A DNA stretch of 62,516 nucleotides, the filler included, from Basidioascus undulatus (taxonomy: Eukaryota): the NCBI GenBank assembly GCA_000826855.1. It is 6 parts of 6 records of this genome, joined end to end, with 100 filler letters (N's around TTAATTAATTAA, not from the genome) between each part and the next. Parts side by side here need not be neighbours in the genome. Positions count along the whole stretch, not along the records: positions 1 to 10,351 come from JTLS01001140.1; positions 10,452 to 20,796 come from JTLS01001141.1; 4 more parts are not named here. The stretch is one strand, 5' to 3'. Under the pieces are notes generated by a model. It was not told where the DNA came from, made no database searches, and was given only the letters and a program-made list of their open reading frames with translations. The translations under genes were made by a program, and so were the position numbers. Positions 1-12,496 of the stretch are shown one piece after another. Position 1 is the first letter of the stretch, and each line of letters begins with the position of its first letter.

Positions 1-2681
1 GAGCGAGGGGGGTTTGGGAGACGGCGTGAAGGTGGGGAGGATGTGAGTGGGAGGTGCTAGACTGCTTGGCTGTTGACGAGCTCAAGGCGGTCGCGAAGGA
101 GTGCAAGGTTCTGCCGAAGGGGTCGGTGAGTCGGGCGTGTTCCCTTTCTTGTGGTGCCCCTGCGAGATGGAAGCTGAACTGGGTGGATGACAGCCTACCC
201 GCGCACAACTCATCCAAGCGCTGACTACAAACGCCTCGAAGCAAACAACGCTCGGCTTCCTCCCCGTCTCGGCCTCCTCCGCACCCTCATCTTCCAAGTC
301 CAGGCTCGGCGCGCCCAAGCAAATGACTCTGTGCTTCGGCAAAGGCGGCGCCAAGTTGAACCAGACCTCGCGCATCAAGAACGTGGCGCTGAAGAAGACC
401 GGTCCGCCATCCCCTCCCTTACCCCTATTCCTCTCAACCCGCTGCAGCTGACCGCGCCTCCCCCTCCCCTCCTCCGACCAGGCAAGCTCATCCGCCTTCA
501 CCCGGCCGTGCACGCGCTCTTCCAGCGCCTCGCGCTCGTGTACAACCGATTAGACCCCCACCTCGCGCCGCCGCACTCGCTTCTCGCGCGCTTCAAGAAG
601 CGCGCGTACCCGATCACAGACATTGCGCGCTCGGAGGTTTGGGCGAGCCGGACCGCGCTCGTCGAGTACCAGGAGGCGCTCAAGGTCGAGGCGCGCATGG
701 ACGCGGCGGTCGAGGCGCACCGGTGGGACGAGGCGCGCGAGATCGGCGAGAGCGTATTGGAGCGGTGGAGAGTGCTGGTGAAGGAGGGCGAGGCGCTCGA
801 GGGGTGGAGAAGACGGTTCACGCCTGGTGAGCGCTTGAGCATCCCATCTCGAGTCCGCAAGCACATAGCCGGGCTAAATAACCCTCGTTCGAATCTGCAG
901 GACACATTTTCACGCGCTGCATATACCACCTCCCTCCGATCTATTCGCGCGCGAAACAGTACGACGCGGAGATCGCCCTCCTGCGCGAGCTGCTCTCCCA
1001 GCGCGTATTCCGCCGAGGCCGGCGAGGGTTAGTCGGGTTCTCTATCTCTCATTGCGAGTCGAACGCTGACACAGGCACATTGCAGCGCCTGGTACTGCCG
1101 CATCGCGCTCGTTCTGATGACGCACTACAAGACGAACGATCACGAGAAACGCGAGAAGATGGAGGATGCGCTCGAGGTATGCAAGGAGGGTTTGCTAGAC
1201 GACGACACGCATTTCAGTGCGCTCCCTGCTCCTCAAACTTTTCCGTAGTCCATATAGCTGACAGCCCATCTCGCTCCCGCAGTCTACCGCCCCGATCTCG
1301 TCAACCGCATCGCCAAGCTGGAGAAAAACAAGCTCCTCTCCATCCCCACGGACGAGAAGACCAAGTGCGAGGGCTTCCTCCGCAAGCCGGGGGCGAAGGA
1401 GGTTCCGGCCGAGCGCGTCTGGGACGTCGCGGAGGCGAAAGACAAGGGCAAGGGCAAGGCGGCGGACGACGGCGCGGGCGCGGGCGAGCGACGCAGCTGG
1501 GGCGTGCACAGCGTGTGGAAGGGCCGCGACGAGCCGGAGGTGCGCGTTGAGCAGGTCGCGCTCGAGGCGTATGAGGATGAGGGTTGGAAGGGGTCCGTTT
1601 GCCTCTTTAGGTTGGATGCCGCTGCCCCGCGAAGGTGCGCTGCTGACCAGACGTCCGTGTGCGGGTAACAGCCTGCACTGCGAAGGCCGCATCGTCCGCA
1701 CCATCTTCACGCTCATCATGTGGGACGTGCTCTTCGCAGCCGTATCCGGCGCGTTCGAGACGCCGTTCCAGATCGCGCCGCTCGACCTGCGGGAAGACTC
1801 GTTCTACTTCGGTACGTTCACGGTCGGTACTGTCTAATCCCCGGCCCGCAATCTCAATCACTGACCGGCCTTGTCGTGCGGTCTGGTAGCGCGCAAAGAG
1901 GCGATCGACGGGCGCTTGGAGGAAATTAAGGAGGGTGGCGCGCTGAAGCTCCTGGACGAGGCGGACGACCGCGAGCGGCTGCGGAGCACGTGGGCTGTGG
2001 GCGTCAATTGGGACTACGAGAAGAAAATGCTGCTCGAGGTTACGGAGGTGCGTTCTTGCCGCGCTATTGCCGTTTGTCATACCACTCGTAGCTGACGACC
2101 GTCTTTCATGCCTGCAGTGCCTGGGCGGACCGACCCTCGCGCATTTGTGCAAGGTCTTGTGCGAGGACTGGGACCACCGTGCGGGCGGAATGCCCGACTT
2201 GATGTACGTCGATCCCACGCTTCTCAGTTGAGGGCGTTCAGGCTGATGCGGGGTATGGGCAGACTCTGGAATCCCGCTGAGAAGACGGCGATGTTCTCGG
2301 AGGTCAAGGGCCCGGGCGACACGCTTTCGGAGACTCAAAAGGTCGGTTCAGCTTATTTGCGTTCGTGATTCATCTTGGCAAGCCTGACTCCTTTTCTTGG
2401 GTGCGCCGGAGCAGGTCTGGATCGACGTCCTCCTCGCTGGCAAGATCGACGTCGACCTCTGCAGCGTGGTGGTCAAAAACCCGCAGAAGAGCTCGAAGTT
2501 GCCTGTGAAGGCGAAGGGCAAGAAGCGCGCGTCGCCGGGCCCGAAGGAGGAAAGCGAGGAACCGGAGAGCGAGGGCGAGGAGGAGAAGGGCCGGGCGCAA
2601 AAGAGGGTGAAGAGGGAGGTGAAGGAGGAAGAGGTGGAGGAGGGGGGCGAGGACGAGGAGCTGGAGTCCGAGGATGAGTAG
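1..2681 (+). CDS. FAN1: FAN1-type structure-specific nuclease (SAP, TPR-like and VRR-NUC domains), multi-exon, 5' truncated
   Basis: Spliced translation gives SAP-like VLDCLAVDELKAVAKECK, HCEGRIVRTIFTLIMWDVLF..GAFETPFQIAPLDL and the PD-(D/E)xK core GGMPDL..WNP..FSEVKGPGDTLSETQKVWIDVLL. Stop TAG at 2679-2681. Confidence 0.92.
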
Positions 2682-3332
2682 AACGAGCGCCCGGGGGAGG
2701 GTGTGTGGGGAGGAAATATGGGGATGAGCAGCGCCGCTGCTGTTGCTGGACTGCATTTCTTCTTCCTTATTGTTGTTGCTACATGTATCAGTATTCACTT
2801 GACGCATCATTCGGCCTGCTTTTGGTACGCGCATTGGTTTCGAAAGGCACCTTCACTTGGGAACGGTGGAACACGCATAGACTGTCGTGATCGCAAGCAT
2901 GTTGAACGGCCTCGCAGCGGTGTGAAATGTCTTAGTTGCATAAAGTAGGGTTGATTACCTCAGCCATAGAGTCGCAATGTCCGGCTTATTGACGAGGGCC
3001 GAGCAAGCAAGAAGGAAATCAGCACCGCAGTCGAGAAACATTTGGCCTCGAAGAACTCTGGATCGGCGGTGCGGGAAAGACAAGAAGCGTCCCCTCGATG
3101 TAGCATTTTTAAAGTTTCGGTTTCTACTGGCTAACGGCAGCCAGTCAAGTGTGACCCTGTATGAATAGTATCGCGGTAGGCCGTTAACGGCCTGTGAACG
3201 CACAGGGAGAATGGATAACTTTCAGTTTGGACACGATCTCCACACACATGCTCGCCCTGAAGGCCTAACAAATGCGCATGCTCGTCGTAATCCCCATGCT
3301 CCTGCTTCTACACAATCGCACAGCGCACCGCG

Positions 3333-4465
3333 TCAAAGCCCGTCTTCCTTGCGCGCACCCTTGCGCAGTAAGTTCGGAAAACAGACAGCTATCGCATGTT
3401 CAACTGCAGATTAAAATTCTTTCCAGCCAATTTACTATTGGGTGTCAGCAGAGTTGGGGAACGTAACTGGTTTTGATATAGCGGATGATCATGCCATTGC
3501 GGACCTCCTCGGGCACGGTTGCCTCAACCGCCCGACGGTTCCCGTCCAGCAAGATGACGATTTGAGTGCCGGCACGGTGAGCTCCCACAAGCTGTGCAAC
3601 GTATATATTTTCTGTCAGCACGAGTGACCTTAAAGATGAAGAACGTGGATTGATACCCTCTCCCGTATGGCACTCGCGGGTGTGACCAGACCATGCAGGT
3701 GAAAATAAACTAGACTTGAGATACAGAGTATGGACGGCGTACCTTCATCTCGCCGAGCATCGCCAGAGTGTGCGGCAGCGGCCGGTTGGTAAGTAGAGAG
3801 ATGAAGGCACAGACGATTGCGGTGCCGGCGGTCGTCCCGGTGAATACCATGTCTCGGTGCCAGAAGAACGGTCAGATATTTTTGAGATATATCCTGTCGA
3901 CTGCACGGCTAGGCATGTGAAGCTAAGTTCAAGTGCTTCAGGCAGTCGCCGTTCGAGTCCTCCTGCAGGCCCAGCATAGACGAGTTGCGCTCAACCTATG
4001 AGGAAACGTTAGTGCGAAGATGCACAGAACTGAAGAACGAAGAACGTTTACTCACCCAGGTCAAAGCCAACTCTGCGTCGTCATTGATCGCACCGCCAGA
4101 GGTGCCAGTGACCTTGAGCTTCTGCGTCCCGCCGACATAGCTCGTCGCTTCGACGCTCATGATGCCTGACCAGAGTTGACCTTCGATCAGCCAATAAATT
4201 CTTAGAATCTCATCATCACATCCTATCGCCGTTTCCTTCGACGAGGTAGCTCAGGCAAGTCACGACGCCCGGTTGCGACACGTCGTGCTTCGCCACGTCG
4301 GCTTGGAAATGCGGGATCCCAAGCACGCGCTCGACCTCCTCGGTGGCCACTTCAGGGTTGTATGCCGTCCGTCTCCCTTGACTGAGCAAACTGGACTGCT
4401 TACGCTCGACAAACCGCGCCGATGATGCGCTCGAGGGTCCGGGCGGCAGCCTCGCGAGTATCTGG
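3333..4465 (-). pseudogene. Decayed Lon protease fragment (end of AAA+ domain plus protease domain), most like the peroxisomal type
   Basis: Exons read TREAAARTLERIIGAVCRA*AVQF, QPGVVTCLSY, KLKVTGTSGGAINDDAELALTWV, LHMPS, GTTAG..AMLGEM, LHGLVTPASAIRER and LVGAHRAGTQIVIL, collinear with Lon motifs. Has an in-frame stop, frameshifts and a CAC in place of a CAG acceptor at 3699-3701. Confidence 0.85.
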
Positions 4466-4741
4466 TTTGGAAGCCTGAGCAAAATTTCAGCGGGTGAATA
4501 GCAGAAAAAGTCCGTACAATCAGTGGAACCTTTCTGTCACAGCGGGGAACATAATGTGTGAGTGACACAGTGCCGCGATACGGGTGGAACATGGACAGAG
4601 GTGTGCACAGGATGACATTGTCATGCAACTTGTACATACATGAGCTGCGATGGCAAATGATGTTCAACTCAAGGTGTTGACAGGTCAGTCCCAGATGGCG
4701 CGTGCAGACTGGGACAGAAATAGTACGCCGCAAAAGCTCAC

Positions 4742-5190
4742 CTCATTGCCGCTGGTCTGGGCGGCGTTGGCTACACCGTAGATTAAGTCACCGCAAGCGA
4801 AGGCGATCGCGTAGTAGGTGAACAAGAGAAGAAGCGTCCTCCGCCGACAGCAAGTGTTGCAGGTGAAAAGGATGCCTGGCAGTTGAGAGAAGCGGTCGAG
4901 GTCGGTGTACGCAGCGCCGACGGTGTCGTCCCAAAAGTTGCGCATGTCGTCCAGGATCTTCAAGAGTTGCTGTTGGAAGCATCGTCAGCTGGCCTGTAAT
5001 ATGGAAAGCGTGAGCTACAGGCAGCTTTCAAACGTACACTGGGAGTGATACAGTCTGGGCTCGACGCCTGATCCGGCGTGAACGTCAGCCGCGGCGCTCC
5101 GTCGACGAGCTTGAATCCGGAGACGACAGCGCTTGTGCAGCTCGAGGAATCTCGCTTGACCTGGAGCCTTATGGACTTCGCGCGAGGGCA
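4742..5190 (-). pseudogene. Coding-like relic of unidentified family
   Basis: Exon-like stretch LLKILDDMRNFWDDTVGAAYTDLDRF...FTYYAIAFACGDLIYGVANAAQTSGNE with GC-ending codons, closed by a GTGAGC donor. In-frame stop near its start. Family not recognised. Confidence 0.35.
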
Positions 5191-5738
5191 ATAACTTAAA
5201 CGACGGGGAATTGCGATGAAGGGGAGAAGGAAGAATGAAGAAGAGATGCAAGTCGACGAGTGTGGCCTCAGGGCGGCATGGTCAAGGAATGAAAGGCGTG
5301 AGTGTCGGCAAGGTACGATCCCCGACACCGGCAGCCGTATCAGGCCAGGTTGTGCAGGCCAGGCTATGTAGTCTGAAACGATAGCCAAGAATGTCTTCCG
5401 TGTCCGTCGTGAGCCCTTTAACGTTGATAAATTTGTGAAGAAAAATCACCTCAAACGATGGCGGCTTCATAGGGCGGCAGAGCTCGGTCGGGCCGCCTTT
5501 GACACTTTTTAAGTTCCCACTGGCAGCTGATACCTACCGCTGGGTATCGGCTGGACATTTGCATATACTCGCCTGGGAAATTGTGCGTTTTACTTGAATG
5601 CACTTTGAAACGAAGATCACATTACCTAAGCCGAAGTCGAGCAAGACCCCTAGCAGTTTTTCACCACAAAACTTGCAATCACAAACGTTACCGCGCAAGC
5701 AAAATCTATGCCGAGTCCTCATCGCTCAGCGCATCTCC

Positions 5739-8700
5739 TCACCGCCTGCCCTTCTTGCCCCCGCCCCCACCGCCCTTCCCCTTCCCGCCGCCCGCAGAAG
5801 CCCTTGCCTTCTTCCCCGCCCTCCCGACGCCCGCGCCCTTCACCGCGCGCTCGCCCTCGCCCTTCTTTCGCGCCCCGCCACGCTCCGTCAGGTCCACACT
5901 GAACCCGCCCGACTGGCGCTTCTTCTTCTTCTTCGGCGGCCCGGCGGCGCGGGGGGCGTTGGGGTCGGGGAGGTGGGTGATCTTGGACGGGCCTGTGGAC
6001 CATGAGAGGGGAGATGAACAGGACTGTCAGTTATGCACGGAGGATGGGGGAGGGAGGGGGAGGGAAGAGACGCACGGCTAGCTTTCTTCGCGCTCCGGAT
6101 GGAAGCGCTCACGGCGCGGGCAGACGCGCCCTTGTCCTCCTCGTCCTCCTCGCGAGCAAGCTTGCGGCGCTTATCCTTGCGCGAGAGACCAGAGAAGGGC
6201 GTGATCTTGCGGCCCTGTTGCGCGCCAAGCCACAAATAGGTTCAGCCAACGCTCTCATACGAAATAGACGAGCGAAGCAACGGACCAACGTGTCCGTCTT
6301 CTTCTTCTCCCCCGCGCCCTCGGCGTCCTTGCCCTTCGCGAACGACGCAACGTACTGCTCCTTGCCAGTCTCTGTGCACATGCACGACATCCACACACGC
6401 CCAGTCAGCGCCGTGCATCCTTCAACAGCCCACGAAAGCGAAAGCCGGAGCGACAAAACGCACCCTTGGCCTTGGCCTTGTCCTTCTCCGACTGGAACCA
6501 CGTCCGCGCCGGGCGGCTCTTGATCTCGTCCTCGTACTCCAAGAGGTTCTGGCTCTTGCGGAGCTGCATCTCCGCTTGCCTCAGCTGTATCGCACCCCAA
6601 CCCCACGAGTCAGTCTTCCTCTCCCTCTCCCTCAAAGCTGAAGAGTTCCGGAGAGGGGACGAGACGCACCGCCTTCTCCTCCTTCTCCTCCTTCATGACC
6701 TCCTCGATCTCCTCGTCGAGCCCCTCGAGCTCCTCCGCAACCTCCTCAATCACCTCGGGCGGCACGATGCGGTGCCGGATCGAGTCGGCGTCCTGCGCCG
6801 CGGAGCGCTTAATCACGCTCTTGAGCATCTTGCGGTCCGGCTCGCCGACAAGGGAAACGGAACTGCGGGACGTATTATCATGAGGATGACTCGGCCGGGC
6901 GGAACGGAGAGAAGAACAGGGAAGAAGGAAAGGGGAGAAGGGAAGAGGTGGAGAAGCGACGCACCGACCGTCCCGCCCTGCACGGGCCGTCCGACCAACG
7001 CGGTGGAGGTACTGCTCGATCTGCCCCGGCAGGTCAAAGTTGATGACGGTCTCGACGCCCTTGATGTCCAGACCGCGGGAGGCGAGGTCCGTCGCGAGGA
7101 GGTAGTCGGCCTCGCCGGCGCGGAACGTTTCGAGCGCTTGGATACGCTGCGTGCACCCGCCCACAAACGCATCAGCACTGTTCGACCGACAATGAGGGGG
7201 AGGGAGAAACGGGGAGGGAAGGCACGCACCTGCTCCTGCGTCAAATCACCATGCAGCTCCGCCGCCTTCAACCCGCACAGCCCAAACAGAATGCGCATGC
7301 GGTGCGCGAGTGCCTTGCTCCTGAAGAAGACGATGGTGCGGAGTCGGAACGTGCGGCGGCAGAGGGCGAGGAGGACTGCGCTGCGCTCGCGGAGCTCGGC
7401 CTTGCCGCCCGCCTTGGCCTTGGCCTTGATGCGCACGAACTCCTGCACGAGCCCGCGCGCGGTCGCCTTTTTGGGGTCGACGAAGAGACGCGCGGGCCGG
7501 TTGAGCGAGAGGCGGACCAACTCGTCGACTTTGTCCGTCATTGTGGCGGAGAAGAGCATGGTTTGGCGGTTGACGGCTGCGTGGGCGGGGGAGTCGGTTC
7601 AGCGCGACCAAACGAAGAGCGAAGTTCGGAAGGAATATAGAAAGGGTCGAAGGCGGGAGGAGGAAGAAGAAAAGAAAGGGGACCTACGGCACGACTTGAC
7701 GATCTCGTCGAGCTCGTCCTTGAAGCCCTCCTCGAGCATGCGGTCCGCCTCGTCCATGATGAGCACGTCGAGCGCGTCGAGCGAGAAGCTCGGCGAGTTG
7801 CGCACGTGGTCGATCAGCCGGCCCGGCGTCGCGATCACGATATCCGGCCGCTGCCGGAGCGCGAGCTCCTGCGCTTTGAGGGAGAGACCACCTGCGGGGA
7901 AAGGGGCAGGTCATCAGCAACAGGCGAAGGGAATCTATACAAGACAGAAAGAGAGGGAGGAAAGAGGGAGAGGGAAAAAAATAGGGGAGCGGAGGGCAGG
8001 AAGGAGGAGAGGAAGAGGGTAGGGAAAGGGAGAGGGAGAGGGGAACGCACCCACGCAAAGACACAAACTAACATCCATGAACCTCCCTAAACTTTTCCCA
8101 ACCTCATAGCACTGCTGCGCCAGCTCTCGCGTGGGGGCGAGCACAAGCACGCGCGTCTCGTTCGCGCCCTTGCCGCCCTTCTGGCGGTACATCATGCGCT
8201 CCAACACGGGGAGCATGAACGCGGCGGTCTTGCCCGAGCCGGTGACGGCCTGGCCGACGACGTCCTTGCCTGCGAGCGCAACGGGCAGGACGGCGCGCTG
8301 AATCGGCGTCGGGGTGGCGAAGGAGAGCGCGGAGAGCGCGCGCAGGAGCGGGCGAGAGAGGCCGAGGGAGGTGAAGGTCTTGAGGGATTTGGTGCCCTTG
8401 GAAGAGGTGGACGGGTCGGCAAAGTAGGCCGCTTTGCGGGCGGTCTCGGATTCGGATTCGGCGTCCGAGTCGGAGGAACCGGATTCGGCGTCGGAGGCGG
8501 ACTCCTCCTCGTCGCCTTCCTCCATCTCCTCATCTACGTCCTCGTCCACGTTCTCCTCGTCCTCCACGCCGTCAACCGCCGCGTCCCCATCCTCAGAAGC
8601 CAGCGGGTCCTCTTCCTCGTCTTCCTCCTCATCCTCCGCGCCCATGCCGAACCCATCTGTTCGATCCCCAACGCTTAGCCACTCCACTCCACCCTTACGA

Positions 8701-9304
8701 CCAAAACGGATACGACGCACCCTCCTCGTCCTCGCTGTCGCCCAGGCCACCCACACCCTCCATCTCCTCCAGCTCGTCCGATCCCTCCGACCCGGCGTCC
8801 TCCTCCTCCTCGGCGTCGTCCGCCACAGGGCGCTTGCGCTTCTTGGACGCCGCGCCAGACGCAGCGAGCTTCGAGCGGCGGCGAGCGATGATGTCGTCGA
8901 CAGAGACGCGTGGCTGTCGGGCCCACCCACCAAGCGCATCAATACCGCTTCTCTGCTTCTGTCCTCCAACCTCAAAGAAAAGCGTCCAAACTCACCAGAT
9001 CCTTCTCCCCCCCGCGCACCTCGTCCTGCTCCTCCGGGCCCACATGCCGTCCGCCCCAGCCCTCCGCATCAAACATAAACCCGCCATCGATCTCATCCCC
9101 GTCCGCCGACCTCTTCTTCGCGTCCTTCACGCCCTCGTCCTGCACGAACGTCTTGGCCTTGCGGCGCGCGACCTGCGCTTTCTTGCTCAGCGGCTGGGCG
9201 TCCGTGGCAGGAGCGGGGGCGTCGGACTCGGCGTCGGAGGGCGCGGGACCCTCGGAGTCGGAGTCAAGAGTGAGGATGAAGTCGTCTGTCTTTTTGGGGG
9301 GCAT
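5739..9304 (-). CDS. DRS1: ATP-dependent DEAD-box RNA helicase Drs1/DDX27 (60S biogenesis), multi-exon
   Basis: N-terminus [16 protein letters not shown]. Motifs [53 protein letters not shown]. Drs1-specific [20 protein letters not shown] at 5739-5741. Confidence 0.95.
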
Positions 9305-9582
9305 GGCGAAGGCGGGTGTGCGGAGGGGTGAAGGTGAGAGAGGTGAGAGCAGGGAAGGGGCAACCAGGAAGGCAAACTTCTGAACGGATGCAATTTGCCC
9401 CCGCGGGGGTCCCGCGGATGAAACGCTTAGCCTAGCGCGTCTCCTTTGCAGCTCTCAACTCTCTCGCCAGGTTCCTGGCCTTCCTGGAGGACACGACTCG
9501 CACACTTTTTATACCACTCAGTCTTTGACATGCTCAATAGTTCCATTGGAACCTGGATAATGCTCACTGCCTGTACATGCAT

Positions 9583-9674
9583 GACCAGATGGCCGAGCGG
9601 TTAAGGCGTGAGACTCGAATGTCCTCGACATCTCATGGGCTATGCCCGCGTAGGTTCAAATCCTGCTCTGGTCG
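9583..9674 (+). tRNA. tRNA-Ser(CGA) with 10-nt intron (9620-9629)
   Basis: Acceptor GACCAGA/TCTGGTC, G73, D-arm GCCGAGCGGTTAAGGC, anticodon stem TGAGA/TCTCA with CT-CGA-A[intron]A, long variable arm GGGC-TAT-GCCC, T-arm GTAGG-TTCAAAT-CCTGC, TTTT just downstream. Confidence 0.95.
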
Positions 9675-9923
9675 CATCTTTTGGTCCTCAATATCCTCAG
9701 GCTCCTTTTTGTCGCGAGCCAGGAGCGAGCGAGAACAGCGATGCCAAGCTCAGGCCGGAGCACTCGCCGAAATCAAAGTCTTTGGTCCGGTTGGTGCCTG
9801 GATCGATCGGGTTTACTTCACTCTCGCGTCTTCCTGCCTCTGCCTCGGCTTTCTCTTGCTCCTTTCTCCCAATCCTCATTGGGCCTCCACATTGTCCTTC
9901 TCAGACCGCTCCCATTGCGCGCC

Positions 9924-10351
9924 ATGGCTCCCGAGCGGAAGCACAAGGTCGCCGTGATCGGCAGTGGGCTTGCGGGGCTGACGACTGCGTACCTGCTGAC
10001 GCAGGAAGGGGCAGACGCGTTCGAGGTGCACTTGTTTGACAAGGTGCGTTGGAGGGGTGAGAGAGAAGAAGGGGGGATGGAGGGGGCTGATGAGACTACT
10101 AGGCGGACAGGATTGGCATGGATAGCGCTAGTATCGAGGTTGAGCTACCGGGGGAGGGAGAGGGCGGGGGGAAGACGAGGAGGGCGGAGGTGCCCATGCG
10201 GGCTTTCACTGCCGGTGAGTTCGAATATTCCTCTTTCTCACCCTCCCAGTAGGCGCTGACCATCTACCTTCCAGGATATTGCCCGCGAAAACCGCCGGCC
10301 TCGCCATAATCCTCCCCACCCGTTCCCTTGCGCTCTGCGCCGCCTCACGAC
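9924..10351 (+). CDS. FAD/NAD(P)-binding oxidoreductase, 5' portion only
   Basis: MAPERKHKVAVIGSGLAGLTTAYLL..EVHLFDK Rossmann motif, then exon 2 ADRIGMDSASI..EVPMRAFTAG. Runs into the contig end, where the frame is unreliable. Confidence 0.8.
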
Positions 10352-10451
10352 NNNNNNNNNNNNNNNNNNNNNNNNNNNNNNNNNNNNNNNNNNNNTTAAT
10401 TAATTAANNNNNNNNNNNNNNNNNNNNNNNNNNNNNNNNNNNNNNNNNNNN
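10352..10451. other. Artificial contig spacer
   Basis: 44 N + TTAATTAATTAA (stops in all six frames) + 44 N. Confidence 0.99.
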
Positions 10452-11258
10452 TAGGACAAAGGAAGGCAAGGAGGTGGACATGAGGACGATAGGACAAAGG
10501 AAGGTGACAATAGGGAGAGGGTGTCAGGAAAGGGTGAGAGCGGAAAATGAGGTGGCGAGGTTTGACAGTTGTCGAGGATTGAATATTTGTTAAGACGTTC
10601 ATGACAGCTAGGGACAGTTCTTGAGCACAGCTGAGTAGGCCTGACATAAAGATTTTAGCTTGGCTTAAGCTTGTGAAGCTGGAACGTCGCACTGTAAATA
10701 ATGAAAAGTTTGTGGGTTGAAAGTCATGAATATTCCCGCCACACAGAATTGTACATTTGTCCCAGGCCGTTGTGCATTGTTCCGTGATGGGACAAAGAAC
10801 GGTTATTGGCGGACAATGGGAGCGTGCTTGCTGCTGCTCTGCTGTCACTGGTGTCCGGGCACGGAAGTGTGGTATCGCGTTAACAGCTGCTTTGTACGGC
10901 CTGAGAGTGAATCAGTACTGGCCGGCAGAAAATACTCTTCCAAATGAATTGACCCCCAAAGCGCATGCTCAAGACCATTTGTAGCTATAAAAGCATAGAG
11001 AAACAGGGATGCAGGAAATATCCAGATGCGAGAAAGTGGAGAAAAAGTTGATGAAACGCAATGAAGCGTGAAAAGAGCTACCGAAAATGAATGGCAGTCT
11101 AGCTCATTCTCCGTCCTCGGCCCGTTCTCCGTGCGCCTTTGTTGTGCCTGCATGCTTACACTCTCGCCCTACCCTCTTCTTCCTCCTCGCAATCTCCTTT
11201 CACGTACTCACGTTTTTCATCAAACCTGTGCAACGCCTTGGAGCACACCCGTGTCGCA

Positions 11259-12470
11259 ATGACCCTTCCCAACACCTTTGTCACATTCTTCACTACCATT
11301 TCTAGCTCCGCCGAGCTTCTCTCAAGCCCGCTCGTGCTCTCGCATACACCGCTGGCACGAGGCGGATACAACAATGTCTCTCTCCTCACCCTCGCCTCCC
11401 CGGCTACCCCCTCTTCGCATGAAACACCTGCCCCCCTCTTGACCCTCCGTTGCGTGCTCCGCCTCCCTCTTGACCACGTCGAGATTTTGCCCCGGTACAG
11501 TGTCTTAAACGAGGTCGGCTGCCTTCGATTTGTCCGCGCCCACGCGGACCGGCTGCAGATTCCCGTGCCCGAGGTGTACGCCTGGAGCGCCGACCGCGGG
11601 AAAGAGTTTGTGTTACTGGAGTACATAGACGGGGAGAGTCTGGATGGCGCGTGGCGCGCCATGGACGAGGCGGAGAAGCAGGCGGTGGCGCAGGAGCTGG
11701 GGGGGATGCTGAGGAGGTTGAGGTCGTTCAGCGAGTTCGAAGAGATTGGCGGGATTATGCCGGATGGGACGCTGGGGCCGACTGTAGAGGGTTGCAAGAT
11801 ATTCTGTGGGAGGGTGAGCCCTTCGGTGCCCTAGGAAAGCTTGTGGTTGGCTCATCCACTGATTTCTTTGCAGAGCCTTTTACACGATCCGTCATTTTAC
11901 GACATCGGCCCGTACCCCAATCTGCACACCTACGCCCTCACATACCTCGACAAAGAGATCGCCTACTTTACCCACCGCGCCTCTCCCCTCCTCGCGCAGC
12001 ACGCAGACAAGGAAGAGTTTGACGATCTCGATCACCTGACCCCCCACCGCTTCCTCGCCCTCCTACACGCTAAGCGCGCCAACCTTGCTGCCAGATCCCC
12101 CGACATCTTCCCGTCCGCACCCATCGTTCTCCGACATGGCGACCTCAAGCCCGGCAACATCCTTCTCTCTCGCACCATCCCTCGCCGCGTCCTGGGCGTG
12201 ATCGATTGGGAATTTGGCGGGGCCTACCCACTGTGCAAAGCAGACGATCATGTGGACGTGCTGGAGATGGAGACTGAGGAGGACGTAAACGAGAACGCCC
12301 GTTGGACGAAACGGATAGCAGACATTGCGGAGGTGCCGGTGGAGCATGCGGAGTACTGGCAGACGGCTGAGGGGAGAGGGTCTCAACTTCTCTGGTGGTG
12401 CACGGACCAGATTGTTCCGGCGCTAGAGGAGGAGTACAAGGGGAACATGGTCGGTCCTCCGATTGATTAG
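11259..12470 (+). CDS. APH/choline-kinase-like phosphotransferase family protein, 2 exons
   Basis: RGGYNNV, NEVGCLRFVR..IPVPEVYAW, LLEYIDG, HGDLKPGNILL, GVIDWEFGG. One GT-AG intron at about 11814-11873. Confidence 0.9.
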
Positions 12471-12496
12471 CGCCGCTATGCATATATGACATTTGC

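Noticed and set aside
6466..8022. 518-aa plus-strand ORF and similar long ORFs opposite SEC24, DBP3 and PXR1
   Set aside because: Antisense shadows of GC3-rich coding exons with no independent motifs.
10275..10351. Premature stop in the oxidoreductase as evidence of a pseudogene
   Set aside because: Within the last 80 nt of a contig, where sequence is unreliable.
10396..10407. Recurring TTAATTAATTAA at regular spacing as a biological repeat
   Set aside because: Always centred in N44 blocks; it is a synthetic six-frame stop linker.
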